DNA of 64,000 bases from an uncultured Candidatus Binatia bacterium (GTDB lineage: Bacteria > Desulfobacterota > Binatia > Bin18), in NCBI GenBank assembly GCA_965214605.1, contig OZ243961.1, forward strand, positions 2,624,001-2,688,000, in the 5' to 3' direction. The notes beneath the pieces were generated by a model. It saw only the letters and a program-made list of their open reading frames with translations, was not told the origin of the DNA and made no database searches. The translations under genes were made by a program, and so were the position numbers. Shown here in pieces: positions 46,557 to 57,205 of the stretch. Every line of letters begins with the position of its first letter. The stretch's first letter is position 1.

Positions 46557-47876
46557 TCAGCACAGGCCGTGCAGTCGCCCCGCCTCCTCCTTCAGCTCAT
46601 CCCGGAAGTCCGGATGGGCGACGGCGCTCAACTCCCGAGCTCGCTCTCGCAGGCTCTTTCCGCACAGGGTCGCAATCCCGTACTCGGTCACCACAAAGTC
46701 AACAAACGCGCGGGGTGTCGTCACCACCGTCCCTGGTGCCAGGGTTGGCACGATGCGGGAAATACGACGGCCGTCGAGCAATGAACTTGAGGGCAGGGCA
46801 ATAATAGATTTGCTGCCGGCCAAGCTGGCGGCGACGCAGAAGGCGGTCTGTCCCCCCGTTCCGGTAAACTGCTGGGGGCCGATCGACTCGGAAGCGACCT
46901 GGCCGGTCAGGTCAATGCTGAGCGCGTTGTTGATCGCCGTAAAGTGGGGATCTTGGCATAGCAGACGGATGTCGTCGGTATAATTGAAGTCGTACAGTTC
47001 AAAGACGGGGTTGCCGTCAATGAAGTCCAACTCTTCAGGGCTGAGCATGGGATGAAAGCCGGTCCCCACGACTATTCCGGTATGGCGCGTTTTGTTTTTC
47101 CCGGTCAGCACCCCGGCCTGGATGAGGCCAATCACCCCGGGCGGGATAATTTCGGTCTGCATCCCCAGATCATTCTTGCCGTACATATAGGCAGGCAAAG
47201 GACTCGTCATATCACCGGCTCCGATTTGAATTGTCTCGCCATCCTGAATCAGCTCATTGACGATGGACATGCAGATCGTGTCGATCGCGTCCTGTTTTTC
47301 CTGGCTGTAGACTTCCGGACTGATCGTTGGCGGGCCGATGGTTGGCGGGCGTTCCACACAGCGGTCGATGGCGGAGATATGGATATAATTCTCGCCGCCG
47401 GTCCGAATAAAGCTCGGATCAATTTCGGCGATGACCCGGTCGGCCCGTTGGGCCATCAGCGGTGACATGCCGACGCTGGTACCGTAGCTGCAGTAGCCGT
47501 GCCGGTCTGGGGGCGACACGCTGACCATATACACATCAAGGGCGTCAAGGCCGTGGGGCAAGGACTCGGCCCGGAAACACGAGACCGGAATATAGTCCAT
47601 CCCGCCTTTGTGCATCAGGCCCCGCTCGCGACGGCTCAAGTACCAAGACTCCAGTCGAAAGAAGTCCGTTATGCCGGGAATATCCCAGTTATAGAAAGAG
47701 ATCAGCGTGTTTAAACACAGCCCGCGTAACGCTTCTTTTTGCTCAACCAGGGCCTGACACAGGACAAATGGCGTTGCCTGGATGCCGGCTATGTAGACGG
47801 TGTCGGTCGGTTTAATGAGTGCGATTGCCTGTTGGGGAGTCACGAGTTTGTTGCCGCAGAGAGAGTGCCAGTCCAT
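46557..47876 (-). CDS. Acetyl-CoA hydrolase / 4-hydroxybutyrate CoA-transferase family
   Basis: SPPDRHGYCSYG, IQIGAG, DLTGQVASES, GTGGQ, VVTEYGIA, AHPDFR. Confidence 0.88.
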   Translation of the reverse strand: MDWHSLCGNKLVTPQQAIALIKPTDTVYIAGIQATPFVLCQALVEQKEALRGLCLNTLISFYNWDIPGITDFFRLESWYLSRRERGLMHKGGMDYIPVSCFRAESLPHGLDALDVYMVSVSPPDRHGYCSYGTSVGMSPLMAQRADRVIAEIDPSFIRTGGENYIHISAIDRCVERPPTIGPPTISPEVYSQEKQDAIDTICMSIVNELIQDGETIQIGAGDMTSPLPAYMYGKNDLGMQTEIIPPGVIGLIQAGVLTGKNKTRHTGIVVGTGFHPMLSPEELDFIDGNPVFELYDFNYTDDIRLLCQDPHFTAINNALSIDLTGQVASESIGPQQFTGTGGQTAFCVAASLAGSKSIIALPSSSLLDGRRISRIVPTLAPGTVVTTPRAFVDFVVTEYGIATLCGKSLRERARELSAVAHPDFRDELKEEAGRLHGLC

Positions 47877-47962
47877 AGCGGGGCTCCTTGTGCTCGGGCG
47901 TCCTCGTCGGCTGACGCGGGCGGGTTCGCCAACGGTGACCACCAGCCGCCCGAATACCAAGC

Positions 47963-48931
47963 CTAGGGGGTTAAGATGAGTTTCCCGACGGATTGGCGGG
48001 ATTCTATAAATCGATGCGCCTCGGCAGCCTCAGCCAGTGGATAGGTCTTGCCTATCAGGAGCTTGAGTTTGCCATCCTCAATGAGCTGAAACGACTCGGC
48101 AATCCCTTTTTGATGCAGCTCCGGTATGGCCGAGGCGGTGTACAGGCCAAAACAGCTGACCTTGAGCGAGTTCTGAAACAGACCGAAGACGTTCAGCGGC
48201 TCGGGGGCTCCACCGGCCTGACCGTAGAGGATTGCATGGCCGAACGGGGCTAGGCATTTGAGTCCTTTGGCAAAGGTCGGTTTCCCGACCGCGTCGAGGA
48301 TAAGATCGACACCCCTGCCGTCGGTCAGCTTTTGGGTTTCTTCGACAAAGTCTTGGCTCTCATAATTGATGACCGCGTCTGCCCCATACTGCTGAGCCAG
48401 CGCGGCCTTGGCATCGCTTGAGACGGTTCCGATCACCCGCGCGCCGGCCGCTCTGGCGATCTGCATGGCGACCACGCCCACCCCGCCGGCCGCCGAATGT
48501 ACGAGCACGGTTTGGCCCGGTGTGGTCTGATGACAGGTGTGCAACAGGTGGTAGGCCGTGAGGGTTTGAATCGGAAAGGCCGCGCCCTGCTCAAAGCTGA
48601 CCGAATCGGGGAGCACCATCACCTGGTCGGCCGAGACGAGCGCATATTCGGCGTAGGTCCGTATCCCGATGGCCGCGACCCGCGTTCCTGGTGTGATATG
48701 GTCGACTCCCTCTCCAACCGCTTCGACCACGCCCGAGGCTTCGAGTCCGGGCGTATCTGGGAATCGTGGCTGCATGACGTACTGGCCCTGGCGGAAGCGT
48801 GTATCCGCAAAGTTAATCCCGATGGCCTGATTTTTAATCAACACCTTCCGTGGTCTGAGTTCAGGAGTTGGGGCATCGCCCAGTTTCAGGACCTCAGGGC
48901 CACCGACCGTCTCAAACAGAATGGCTTTCAT
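47963..48931 (-). CDS. NADPH:quinone oxidoreductase (zeta-crystallin/MDR)
   Basis: GGPEVL, GINFAD, VHSAAGGVG, GKLIL. Confidence 0.9.
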   Translation of the reverse strand: MKAILFETVGGPEVLKLGDAPTPELRPRKVLIKNQAIGINFADTRFRQGQYVMQPRFPDTPGLEASGVVEAVGEGVDHITPGTRVAAIGIRTYAEYALVSADQVMVLPDSVSFEQGAAFPIQTLTAYHLLHTCHQTTPGQTVLVHSAAGGVGVVAMQIARAAGARVIGTVSSDAKAALAQQYGADAVINYESQDFVEETQKLTDGRGVDLILDAVGKPTFAKGLKCLAPFGHAILYGQAGGAPEPLNVFGLFQNSLKVSCFGLYTASAIPELHQKGIAESFQLIEDGKLKLLIGKTYPLAEAAEAHRFIESRQSVGKLILTP

Positions 48932-49083
48932 GCTGTTCTCCCTTCGCCGCGTTGTATGGTCCTCCTCTGTCCTACCCCAATACCGCAGGTGAGAATAGAT
49001 GGGGGGTATCCCTTGACTGTGCCCCGCTGGGTGAGGGAAAAGAGCGGGAAAGTTTTCCCTCACCCAGGGATAAGGAGGAACCG

Positions 49084-50742
49084 ATGGCAAGCATCCGCGG
49101 GGAACAGATCATTGGACAAGCGTTAAGGAACGAGGGCGTTGATACTATTTTCTTTATGATGGGCGGCCCCACCTCGGGAACGGCCGCTTCGTGTCTCGCC
49201 CACGGCATGCAGGGCATTTATGTCCGCCATGAGCAAGCCGCCGCCATGATGGCACACGCCTATGCTCGGGTCACCGGGAAACCCGGTATTTGTATTACCC
49301 CGTCGGGGCCGGGAACGGCCAATGCCGTCACCGGTCTGGCCAACGCCTGGGCGGACTCCGCACCGATTGTGGCGATTGGGGGCTCTGCGCCGATACGGGC
49401 CACTACCCTCGACGCGTTCCAAGAGATGGACCAGGTGGCGATGATGAGACCGGTGGTCAAAGCCGCCTACCGGGTTGATATGGTCCAGCGGATTCCAGAG
49501 TACGTCAGCATCGCCTTTCGAGAGGCGCTAGACGGCAAAAAGGGGCCAATCTATCTGGATCTGCCCGGCGACATCTTGGCCGGGAAGGTGGAAGAGGACG
49601 GCCTGTACTGGCCACAAAATTATCGGGTTGAGAGTCGGCCGGCCGGAGATCCGGCGCTGATTCGGCGGGCAGTTGAGCTGCTCCGCCAGGCCGACAAGCC
49701 GATTATTGTTAGCGGCAGCGGCGTGCTGTGGGCCGATGCCAGCCAGGAGCTGCAGCAGTTTGTCGAGACAACCGGTATCCCATTCTACACCACCCCGCAA
49801 GGGCGAGGGGTGGTTCCCGAAGATCACCGCCGCGCGTTTCCGGCGGCCCGCTCCATGGCGTTTCGTGAAGCCGATGTGGTGCTAGTCGTCGGGACCCGGG
49901 CCAACTCCATGCTCTCTTTCCTGCGTGCACCGCGTTTTTCACCCGATGCCAAGTTCATTAATGCCAATCTGGATGGACGCTCCATCGGTCATAACCGGGG
50001 TGTTGAGGTGGGGATTATCGGCGATGCCAAGCTGGTCCTCCAGCAGCTGACTGCAGAGGCGGTCGGAAAATTCGACGGGGTTCAGGAAACGGCCTGGATC
50101 GCCCAGCTCTCGGCCAAGCAACGGTCCAACGAGGAACGCTCGGCCCCGCTGCTGCACTCTGACGCTGTGCCGGTTCATCCTTTGCGCCTGTGTCGGGAGG
50201 TGCGTGAGACTATCAGCCGCGACACAATTTTAGTTGTCGACGGACACGAAATCCTCAACTTTGCCCGCCAGTCGATTCCCATTTACAACGTCGGGACCAG
50301 CCTGAACGCCGGTCCACACGGCTGTATGGGCGTCGGTGTCCCGTTCGGGATTGGCGCCAAGGCGGCCCGACCGGACAAGCCGGTCGTGGTATTGTCCGGC
50401 GATGGGGCGTTTGGCTGGAACGGCATGGAAATGGACTCGGCTATTCGACACAATTTGCCGATTGTTGTCGTCGTGTCCAACAATGCCGGCTTTACCTCGC
50501 GCCAGACCGGCCGAGCAACCGCCAGTAACCTGGGGACGGGGAATGTCGGGCGTGAACTCGGCCACCAGCGCTATGAGAAAGTCGTTGAGGCACTAGGCGG
50601 CCATGGTGAGTTCGTCGAGAACCCGAACGATATCCGCGCCGCAATTGAGCGCGCGATAGCGAGCGGCAAACCAGCCCTGGTCAATGTGTGTACAGACCCT
50701 GAAGCGCAGGCAACCACGGATATGGGATTCGGCGGCTATTAA
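49084..50742 (+). CDS. Thiamine-diphosphate enzyme (2-hydroxyacyl-CoA lyase / oxalyl-CoA decarboxylase-like)
   Basis: RHEQAAAMMA, FQEMDQ, GCMGVGVPF, GDGAFG...NN. Confidence 0.88.
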   Translation: MASIRGEQIIGQALRNEGVDTIFFMMGGPTSGTAASCLAHGMQGIYVRHEQAAAMMAHAYARVTGKPGICITPSGPGTANAVTGLANAWADSAPIVAIGGSAPIRATTLDAFQEMDQVAMMRPVVKAAYRVDMVQRIPEYVSIAFREALDGKKGPIYLDLPGDILAGKVEEDGLYWPQNYRVESRPAGDPALIRRAVELLRQADKPIIVSGSGVLWADASQELQQFVETTGIPFYTTPQGRGVVPEDHRRAFPAARSMAFREADVVLVVGTRANSMLSFLRAPRFSPDAKFINANLDGRSIGHNRGVEVGIIGDAKLVLQQLTAEAVGKFDGVQETAWIAQLSAKQRSNEERSAPLLHSDAVPVHPLRLCREVRETISRDTILVVDGHEILNFARQSIPIYNVGTSLNAGPHGCMGVGVPFGIGAKAARPDKPVVVLSGDGAFGWNGMEMDSAIRHNLPIVVVVSNNAGFTSRQTGRATASNLGTGNVGRELGHQRYEKVVEALGGHGEFVENPNDIRAAIERAIASGKPALVNVCTDPEAQATTDMGFGGY

Positions 50743-50828
50743 AGACTGGGGCCGAGGGCTGAGAGGTGACCAAAGGGGTATGGGTGGCTTGACCCAGCCC
50801 TGAGCGCCGTCTCGGTGAGGAGAGCGGA

Positions 50829-51077
50829 GTGCAAAAGCCAGACATTCAGTATCCGTGTCGGTGGTATTACAAAATCATTGGGGCTGACCGACAGCTCATC
50901 ATGGACACCATCCCGATTCTTTTTGAGTATTGTGACTATCAGTTGAGCGAGTCGAACCGCAGCAAAACGGGCAGATACACGTCGTTTCACTTCTCTCTCC
51001 AAGTCCACAGTGAGGAGGAGCGCAATGTGATATTCTGCGCCCTCAAAAGCATCCCGACGGTCAAAATTGTCTTTTAG
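50829..51077 (+). CDS. YbeD/DUF493 family protein
   Basis: YPCRWYYKIIG, SKTGRYTS, VKIVF. Confidence 0.75.
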   Translation: MQKPDIQYPCRWYYKIIGADRQLIMDTIPILFEYCDYQLSESNRSKTGRYTSFHFSLQVHSEEERNVIFCALKSIPTVKIVF

Positions 51078-51087
51078 GAACGCCTGC

Positions 51088-52209
51088 TTAGGGGGAGGAT
51101 ATACGGAGCGAGCGAAACGCCACGGTTTGCTGCTCGGGTCCGGCCGGCGGAAAATCCGGTCCGACCCGAAACCGCACCTCGTTCTTGCCAGCTGAGAGCC
51201 AATTGGGATCGAGCCACAGCTCATACTCCCGCCAGCCCCGGTACAGCAACTGGCGGCCGACCAGATGGCCGTTCATCAGGATGGTCAGTGGGTAACACGT
51301 TTCGGTCCGAGTATACACGAAGGGACGGGCGGCAAATCGCAGCAGATAGGCGTCGGACCGCAGTAAGGAGAACGTGAGTCCGGCCTCGCCCCGTTTCATC
51401 CAGGTAATCGGCCCGGCCGGCTCTCGGTCCTGCGTCCCCCACGCGCCGACAAAGTTGGGGTGCTGGCTCGGTCCGCCAAAAGAGATTTGGACCAGGGCGG
51501 CGCTCTCGACCGCCCGCGCTGAGGGGAGAATCAGGCGGGTGTGGGGGAAGAGCAAGAAGGTTGGGTAGCACACCAACAGGCTGAGACTCCAGATCAGGGT
51601 GGACCGAGAAATAGGAAGACGGGCCGGACGGGAGAGACCGAAGCTGAGCCAGGCGGCGCTGAGCAAAACCGTACACGTGACGTCGAGCAGCCAGTGATGG
51701 CCGAGGTAGATACGCTGCCAGATGATCAGGGTTGACAGGGCGACGCACAGTCCAGTGCTGCTGTGTCGCAGCCAGGCGGTCCAGCGGAGGTGCTGGCCGA
51801 GAAAAATGAACACACCGCTGATCAGTATCGCGGTGCTAATGTGACCGCTGGGAAAGCTATTGCCGACCAGGCTCGGAGTCAGGACGCTGGGCCGGGCGCG
51901 CTCCAAGCCGGTCTTTAACAGCTCACATAAAAAAACGCCCCCGCCGATCACCCAGCTGGCCCGCCACACCTCGGCCCACTGGCGACGGACAGATGCGATC
52001 ACAATTGGGACGCTGCTCAAGAGGAGAAGGCCCACCAGCGGCGTCTGTTTGAGAACGGTCGCCAAATAATCGGCCTGGCACGAACGTAGGGTTTGCACCC
52101 ACCGATAGGCCGTCGTATCCAGGGCGATCAGCCACGGCAGACCAACCAGCTCGCACACGGCGAGTCCTAGACAGACGAGCGAGAAGCGAGTCGCAAAATC
52201 AGGTGTCAC
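51088..52209 (-). CDS. PAP2 family phosphatase with C-terminal soluble domain
   Basis: KTGLERARP, SFPSGH, RIYLGHHW; GTG 52209 chosen as start (uncertain). Confidence 0.78.
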   Translation of the reverse strand: MTPDFATRFSLVCLGLAVCELVGLPWLIALDTTAYRWVQTLRSCQADYLATVLKQTPLVGLLLLSSVPIVIASVRRQWAEVWRASWVIGGGVFLCELLKTGLERARPSVLTPSLVGNSFPSGHISTAILISGVFIFLGQHLRWTAWLRHSSTGLCVALSTLIIWQRIYLGHHWLLDVTCTVLLSAAWLSFGLSRPARLPISRSTLIWSLSLLVCYPTFLLFPHTRLILPSARAVESAALVQISFGGPSQHPNFVGAWGTQDREPAGPITWMKRGEAGLTFSLLRSDAYLLRFAARPFVYTRTETCYPLTILMNGHLVGRQLLYRGWREYELWLDPNWLSAGKNEVRFRVGPDFPPAGPEQQTVAFRSLRISSP

Positions 52210-52618
52210 CAGTCCGAATAGCCTCGGCCTGTGCCCATTCCATATTGTGGCGGTGGCGGTTCGCCATTTCTTTGAGGAAGGCGGCAATATCGGAGGGCGG
52301 GTTCAGGGCTAAGACTTGCTCGACTTTACGCGCAACCCAGGCTTGTCCTTGGGACAGCAGATTGATCTGGTCTGCCAGGCTGGTGAGCCGCAGGACCTTG
52401 TCGGCAAAGTCGCCGATTTTGGTCGAGGGTGTGCCGCCGTGCAGGCGGATCAAGCCTTCGAGGACAGCGGTATCGCTCACCTCGACGTCGGTGAAATTGG
52501 CCAGCAGTGCACTCACCTCAGGGTTTGCCGTCTCTTGGCGCATCGCGTCCAACAGCCGATGGCCGGCGCGTTCTGCTTCGAGCAGCCGGTTGAGGAGTGC
52601 TTCGAGTTGAGAGTCCAT
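52199..52618 (-). CDS. Ferritin-like helical protein (DUF6306-like)
   Basis: LNRLLEAERAG, GQAWVAR, EM...H..N. Confidence 0.6.
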   Translation of the reverse strand: MDSQLEALLNRLLEAERAGHRLLDAMRQETANPEVSALLANFTDVEVSDTAVLEGLIRLHGGTPSTKIGDFADKVLRLTSLADQINLLSQGQAWVARKVEQVLALNPPSDIAAFLKEMANRHRHNMEWAQAEAIRTGDT

Positions 52619-53120
52619 CACACTCCCCTGTTTACCACCACTGGCTGACCCAAAGCAAGCTGCTGTGGGCTGTGCGAGGACAGACGCTTCCAGCTCCCGG
52701 CGTGTCGCCCAAGAGCTGGCTGAGCGTCGGATTGCTCGGTGGATTACCGCTTGGGAAAAAGAGCCCTCATCGTGCCTCGCCGAAGTCTTCGCGCGAGCAG
52801 CCACCGATTGATTGTATCCCGGTCGCTACACTCAGCACGATAGTGTGGTCCCCTCCATTGATTTTTTCGGCCGCCACCCCGTCGGGTGCGGTCGGCCCCC
52901 TAAAGAGCGGTCAACGCATACGCCGCGAAGGGAGCAAAAATCCGCTCGCGCCCCACGGCGGGCAGTGATAACCGGGTCATTTCTCGTCGCCTGTTTATGC
53001 CCATCAGCCCCCACAAGCATCCCCAGCTCTGACAAACGCCACAGACCCATAGCGCTGCCTCGCTCGGGTTGCTAAGGACTGTAGCGTTACTTTTTCACAG
53101 CCCCAGAAAGGAGCCCGACG

Positions 53121-53945
53121 ATGTCCTATCAGACCCTCAATCTAGAGCGAGACAAAGCTGTATTAACCCTTACCGTCAACCGGCCTGAGGTGCTCAACGC
53201 CCAGAGCCGGATCATGCTCGAAGAGTTTGACCAGGCCATGGCCCAAGCCGCCAGTGACGATACGGTTAAGGTTGTCATTGTGGCTGGGGCGGGCAAGCAT
53301 TTTTCGGCCGGCCACGATATTGGTAGCCCGCAGGAACTGCAAGATCAGCGGCAGCGACCGATACAGAAAGGGGTTGCCAACGAATATCAACGGACCTGGG
53401 AGCTGTACTTTGAGAACACGCTGCGCTGGCGCGACTTTCCAAAGCCGACCATCGCTCAAGTGCAGGGGTACTGTATCATGGGCGGCCTGATGCTAGCCTC
53501 GGCGTGTGACCTGATTATTGCTTCTGATGACGCCAAATTCTGTGACCGGTCCGTGCGCTGGGGCGGCTCGCATGTGCAGTATTACAGTCTGCCGTGGGAT
53601 ATTGGCTTCCGCAAAGCCAAAGAGCAGATGTTCACCGGCGATTGGCTGACGGCTCACGAGGCTGAGCGCAGAGGGTTGGTCAACCGTGTTGTATCGCGGG
53701 ACACGCTGGCACAAGGAACCATGGCGCTAGCGCAGCGCATTGCCATGCAAGACGCGTTTGCTCTACGCACGGCGAAGTTTGCCCTCAATCAGATGCAGGA
53801 CGAGATGGGTTTTCGGACCGCCGTTACCGGCGCGTTTCAAACCTATGCGCTGACTCGAGTCTATCGTCTTGAGCAGGGCGAAGACAGCCTGGCCGGGGCC
53901 CAGCGGGCCAAAGCGCGCGACGCGGCGTTTGGCGATCATCGCTGA
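53121..53945 (+). CDS. Enoyl-CoA hydratase/isomerase family
   Basis: NRPEVLNA, FSAGHD, KPTIAQVQGYCIMGG. Confidence 0.9.
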   Translation: MSYQTLNLERDKAVLTLTVNRPEVLNAQSRIMLEEFDQAMAQAASDDTVKVVIVAGAGKHFSAGHDIGSPQELQDQRQRPIQKGVANEYQRTWELYFENTLRWRDFPKPTIAQVQGYCIMGGLMLASACDLIIASDDAKFCDRSVRWGGSHVQYYSLPWDIGFRKAKEQMFTGDWLTAHEAERRGLVNRVVSRDTLAQGTMALAQRIAMQDAFALRTAKFALNQMQDEMGFRTAVTGAFQTYALTRVYRLEQGEDSLAGAQRAKARDAAFGDHR

Positions 53946-53998
53946 CCCCGGGGCTCCACGAGACGCAAGGCGCCCCGTCGGAGTGTGGCTCCAGAGCC

Positions 53999-54832
53999 TT
54001 AGTCGGCCTGACCGCTCCCCCAGGCGATGCCGTTGCGCAGCAACTGCTCAAACGCGGCGGTCTCCCACGGACCTCGGAACGACACCGGGGTCGTGCCTGA
54101 CTCCTCCACGCTGGCATCGACAAGGGGCTGGACATTGGTGAAGGGCGAGTGGCAGTGGCCGAGCGCGATATAGGCAACCCCACCCTGACCGATGTCCCGC
54201 GTGTACCCCAGCACTCGGGTTTTTCCATCCGGTAGCAGGGAGGTGTCGGTATCGTACACAAAGCCAAAGCCTGGGGGCGAAGGGTCTGTTGGCAGCTGGG
54301 TGGTCAGCAGGACTTGACTGCTGGCCGGTTCTTGCAGCTCAATCAGATACAGCTCATCCGTCACCTCAAAGGAAGCGGGCAGCCCCGTTGTCAGGGGGTG
54401 GTCGTGACGGGAGACCTCGACCTCGAACTTGCACAGGGGCGGGTGATTTAGAAAGAAGCTTCCCAAAACGGCGTGGTGGCGAGTCTTGAGCATTTTTCGC
54501 ACGCGGCGGTTGCCTTCAACCGGTACAGCTCTCCCGCCGCTGGTACCGTGCAAGCCTAGCCAGCGTCCGCCGTCCTCCAACCATTGCTGCATGACCGGAC
54601 TCTGTTCGTTGGTCAGGTGTGGTCCGGCAACATAGGTGATCACCAGCTGACAGGGTGGCAGCCACTTGGCTAGATCGGTGAAATCATTGCTGACGGTGGT
54701 CACCAAGTGTGGAGTTTCGCTCAGCAGTTGAAGAATGCGCAGACGGGCATAGTCCATATCATGTCCGGCCGGGGAGCCTGCCGGATAGCCGCCGGCAACA
54801 ACGTGGACGCGGATGGGATGCGCTGTACTCAT
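53999..54832 (-). CDS. ThuA-like domain protein
   Basis: GHDMDY, GGRWLGLH, FEVTDELY, YIALGH. Confidence 0.8.
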   Translation of the reverse strand: MSTAHPIRVHVVAGGYPAGSPAGHDMDYARLRILQLLSETPHLVTTVSNDFTDLAKWLPPCQLVITYVAGPHLTNEQSPVMQQWLEDGGRWLGLHGTSGGRAVPVEGNRRVRKMLKTRHHAVLGSFFLNHPPLCKFEVEVSRHDHPLTTGLPASFEVTDELYLIELQEPASSQVLLTTQLPTDPSPPGFGFVYDTDTSLLPDGKTRVLGYTRDIGQGGVAYIALGHCHSPFTNVQPLVDASVEESGTTPVSFRGPWETAAFEQLLRNGIAWGSGQAD

Positions 54833-54904
54833 ACTCTTGCCCTCCTTCTTTGTCAGTGGTATTTAGCGCAACTTTTTTGGAACTGCCAGCCGTCCGCGTG
54901 TTGA

Positions 54905-55165
54905 TTGCTCTCACGAGTCATCACGTCAGGGTTCAAGGCAAAAGGGGGGCCCCTTCTTGAGACGGGACAAGCCGTCATCATTTTGAAGCGTGGCAAGTCT
55001 GTTGCCCGGCTTGGGCCACCGGAAGGCTGGCCGCAAGAGGCGCTTTTTGAAACAGAAGAAATTCATGGGAAGAGGATTGAGTCGGAGACCCTACACTGCG
55101 GGAAGCTGAAGGGGAGGAGAGGGAGTACCCTTTGGTACCCATATCCTCCTGAGAATCCTCCCTAG
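54905..55165 (+). pseudogene. Degenerate Phd/YefM-type antitoxin remnant
   Basis: FKAK...LL-ETGQAVIILKRGKSVARL resembles the Phd pattern with an internal deletion; no partner toxin seen. Confidence 0.45.
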
Positions 55166-55372
55166 AGCTCTGATATGACGCAGCATTGCGAAGGGGCGGA
55201 CCCGCGACACGCGTGGTCTCTCTCTCCTGCCCAGAAGCAGGAGGTGCCCCCCGGCTGCATTTCATCGCGCCCCGGCCGGTCGTATCCGTTGTTGCCTCGG
55301 CACGGTCTATGGGGGCAGGAGTGCCGACACGAGATAAACGCACCTAGGCCGTCTCGGTGTATTCCCACTCTG

Positions 55373-56716
55373 TCATGACTCGTCTTGCGGCGTCCCGATC
55401 AACACAATTTTGATATCCATGACATTGGTCCCGGTCGGGCCTGGCTGAAATAAGTCACCGAGCGCGGCAAAGAAAGGATAGGCGTCGTTGTTGTGGAGGG
55501 CGGCGGACGAATCAAGTCCCTTGGCCCGCGCCCGGCTCAGGCTCTCCCCATCGACATAGGCTCCCGCCGCGTCGGTCGGGCCGTCTATGCCGTCCGTTCC
55601 GGCACTGAGGAGCATCCAGCCCGCTTCGCCTTGGAGCTCGTGGGCAACGACGAGGGCAAATTCCTGATTACGTCCGCCCTTGCCCGTTCCTGTCAGCCGG
55701 ACGGTTGTTTCTCCGCCGGCCAGGAGACACGTCGGGGTGCGTTCTCGTGCCAAGCGCGTCCGGATCTGTTGGGCAAAAGTATGGGCCGTCTGAGTGGTAT
55801 CGCCCGACAAGGGTTCAGGAAGAAGGTACACACCAAAGCCCCGCTGCCGGGCGTCTGAGGCTGCCGCTTCAAGCGCCAGACGGTTGGAGCCGAGCAGATA
55901 ATTGTGTACTCGGGAAAAAATCGTATCGTGCGGTTTGGGCGTCTCTTCCACCCATCCCCGCATTCCGGCAGACAGATGCCGTTTGACCGCTGCAGGACTA
56001 GACGCCAGCAGGCCATAACGTTCCAGGATACGCCACGCAGCGGTAAAGGTTGTGGGGTCGGCAACGGTCGGTCCCGAGCCGATCGTACTCAAATCATCGC
56101 CAATCACATCCGACAGAATAAAGCTGAGGACAGTGGCGGGAGCTGCCAGGCGGGCCAGCCTCCCGCCTTTAATCTGGGACAGATGTTTGCGTACCGTGTT
56201 GATCTCCTGAATATCTGCCCCGCAGCCCAAGAGTAGGCGATTGATCGTGAGCTTGTCTTCGAGCGATACCCCCGGAACCGGCCCAACGAGCAGACCTGAC
56301 GCTCCTCCGGTGAGGCAAAAACAGATCAGGTCAGACGGACTGCGCTCAGCTAGGAGGGTCATAAGGTATTTTCCGCCACGCAGGCTGCCCGGGCCGGGTA
56401 AGGGGTGCTCTCCGATGAGAAGGTGAAGGGGATCAAGACTGAGCACCGTGTCCTGAGGAACCACGACGCCCCCCCCAAGCAGATGTTCCCCGAGCAACGG
56501 GAGCAGGGCCTCGGCCATACGACCGGCACCTTTGCCCGCGCCAATGACAAAGGCGTTGTGGTCCAGAGAGAAGCGGGTCGTGTGGGCACCGACCCGAACG
56601 CTGAGCTGACCCGGCTGCCTAGTGAGGGTGCGCTGAATAAGCCGGGCCGGGTCAGCAGCCGTGAGCGCGCTGGAAAAAAGGGCGTCCAGCGCGGCACGCG
56701 TGAGGGGTGGGGACAT
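55373..56716 (-). CDS. Glycerate 2-kinase (MOFRL/TtuD family)
   Basis: GAGKG, HPLP, SDVIGDD..IGSGPT, GGETTV, GGRNQE, TDGIDGPT, TGTNVMD. Confidence 0.92.
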   Translation of the reverse strand: MSPPLTRAALDALFSSALTAADPARLIQRTLTRQPGQLSVRVGAHTTRFSLDHNAFVIGAGKGAGRMAEALLPLLGEHLLGGGVVVPQDTVLSLDPLHLLIGEHPLPGPGSLRGGKYLMTLLAERSPSDLICFCLTGGASGLLVGPVPGVSLEDKLTINRLLLGCGADIQEINTVRKHLSQIKGGRLARLAAPATVLSFILSDVIGDDLSTIGSGPTVADPTTFTAAWRILERYGLLASSPAAVKRHLSAGMRGWVEETPKPHDTIFSRVHNYLLGSNRLALEAAASDARQRGFGVYLLPEPLSGDTTQTAHTFAQQIRTRLARERTPTCLLAGGETTVRLTGTGKGGRNQEFALVVAHELQGEAGWMLLSAGTDGIDGPTDAAGAYVDGESLSRARAKGLDSSAALHNNDAYPFFAALGDLFQPGPTGTNVMDIKIVLIGTPQDES

Positions 56717-56779
56717 CAGTGTTCGGGGCGGGATATGCCCCGTCCGGTTTGGAGAGAGGATAATGCAGAGCGGTTTTGC

Positions 56780-57205
56780 TCAGGCGCCGTCGTCGTCAAG
56801 ATCGACCAGCGAGCCACGTCGCCGCAGACGATCGTCGTCAGTGCGACGGTGCAGTTTGGCTTCTTTTTCAAGATCGCTCTGACAAGACACACACAGCCTG
56901 GTAAATGGCAGGGCTTCGAGCCGCTCGGGCGTAATCTCTTCTTCACACATATCGCACAGACCGTAGTCATCGGACGCGATCCGTTCAAGCGCGTCTTCAA
57001 TCGCCTGGAGTTTCTCGCGGTCGCGGTCACTCAGAATCAGATTAATCTCGCGGTCGCGTTCTTCGCTGGCCAGGTCATAGGTATCCATTCCTTCTTCGAT
57101 CGTGCCTTCTTTGCCAACCCGAAACTCTTCGTCCAGCTGCTCCAGGATTTGCTGTTTTTGAGTGGTCAGGGTTGCGTGCATTTTTTTCAGAAACGTTTTT
57201 CGCAT
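56780..57205 (-). CDS. dksA: DksA/TraR family zinc-finger protein
   Basis: Coiled-coil tip DTYDLA; YGLCDMCEEEI...RLEALP...CVSC. Confidence 0.85.
   Translation of the reverse strand: MRKTFLKKMHATLTTQKQQILEQLDEEFRVGKEGTIEEGMDTYDLASEERDREINLILSDRDREKLQAIEDALERIASDDYGLCDMCEEEITPERLEALPFTRLCVSCQSDLEKEAKLHRRTDDDRLRRRGSLVDLDDDGA

Noticed and set aside
49027-49067. 15-bp inverted repeat upstream of the TPP enzyme, considered as a TPP riboswitch
   Set aside because: No CTGAGA or other THI-box motifs; it is a simple hairpin
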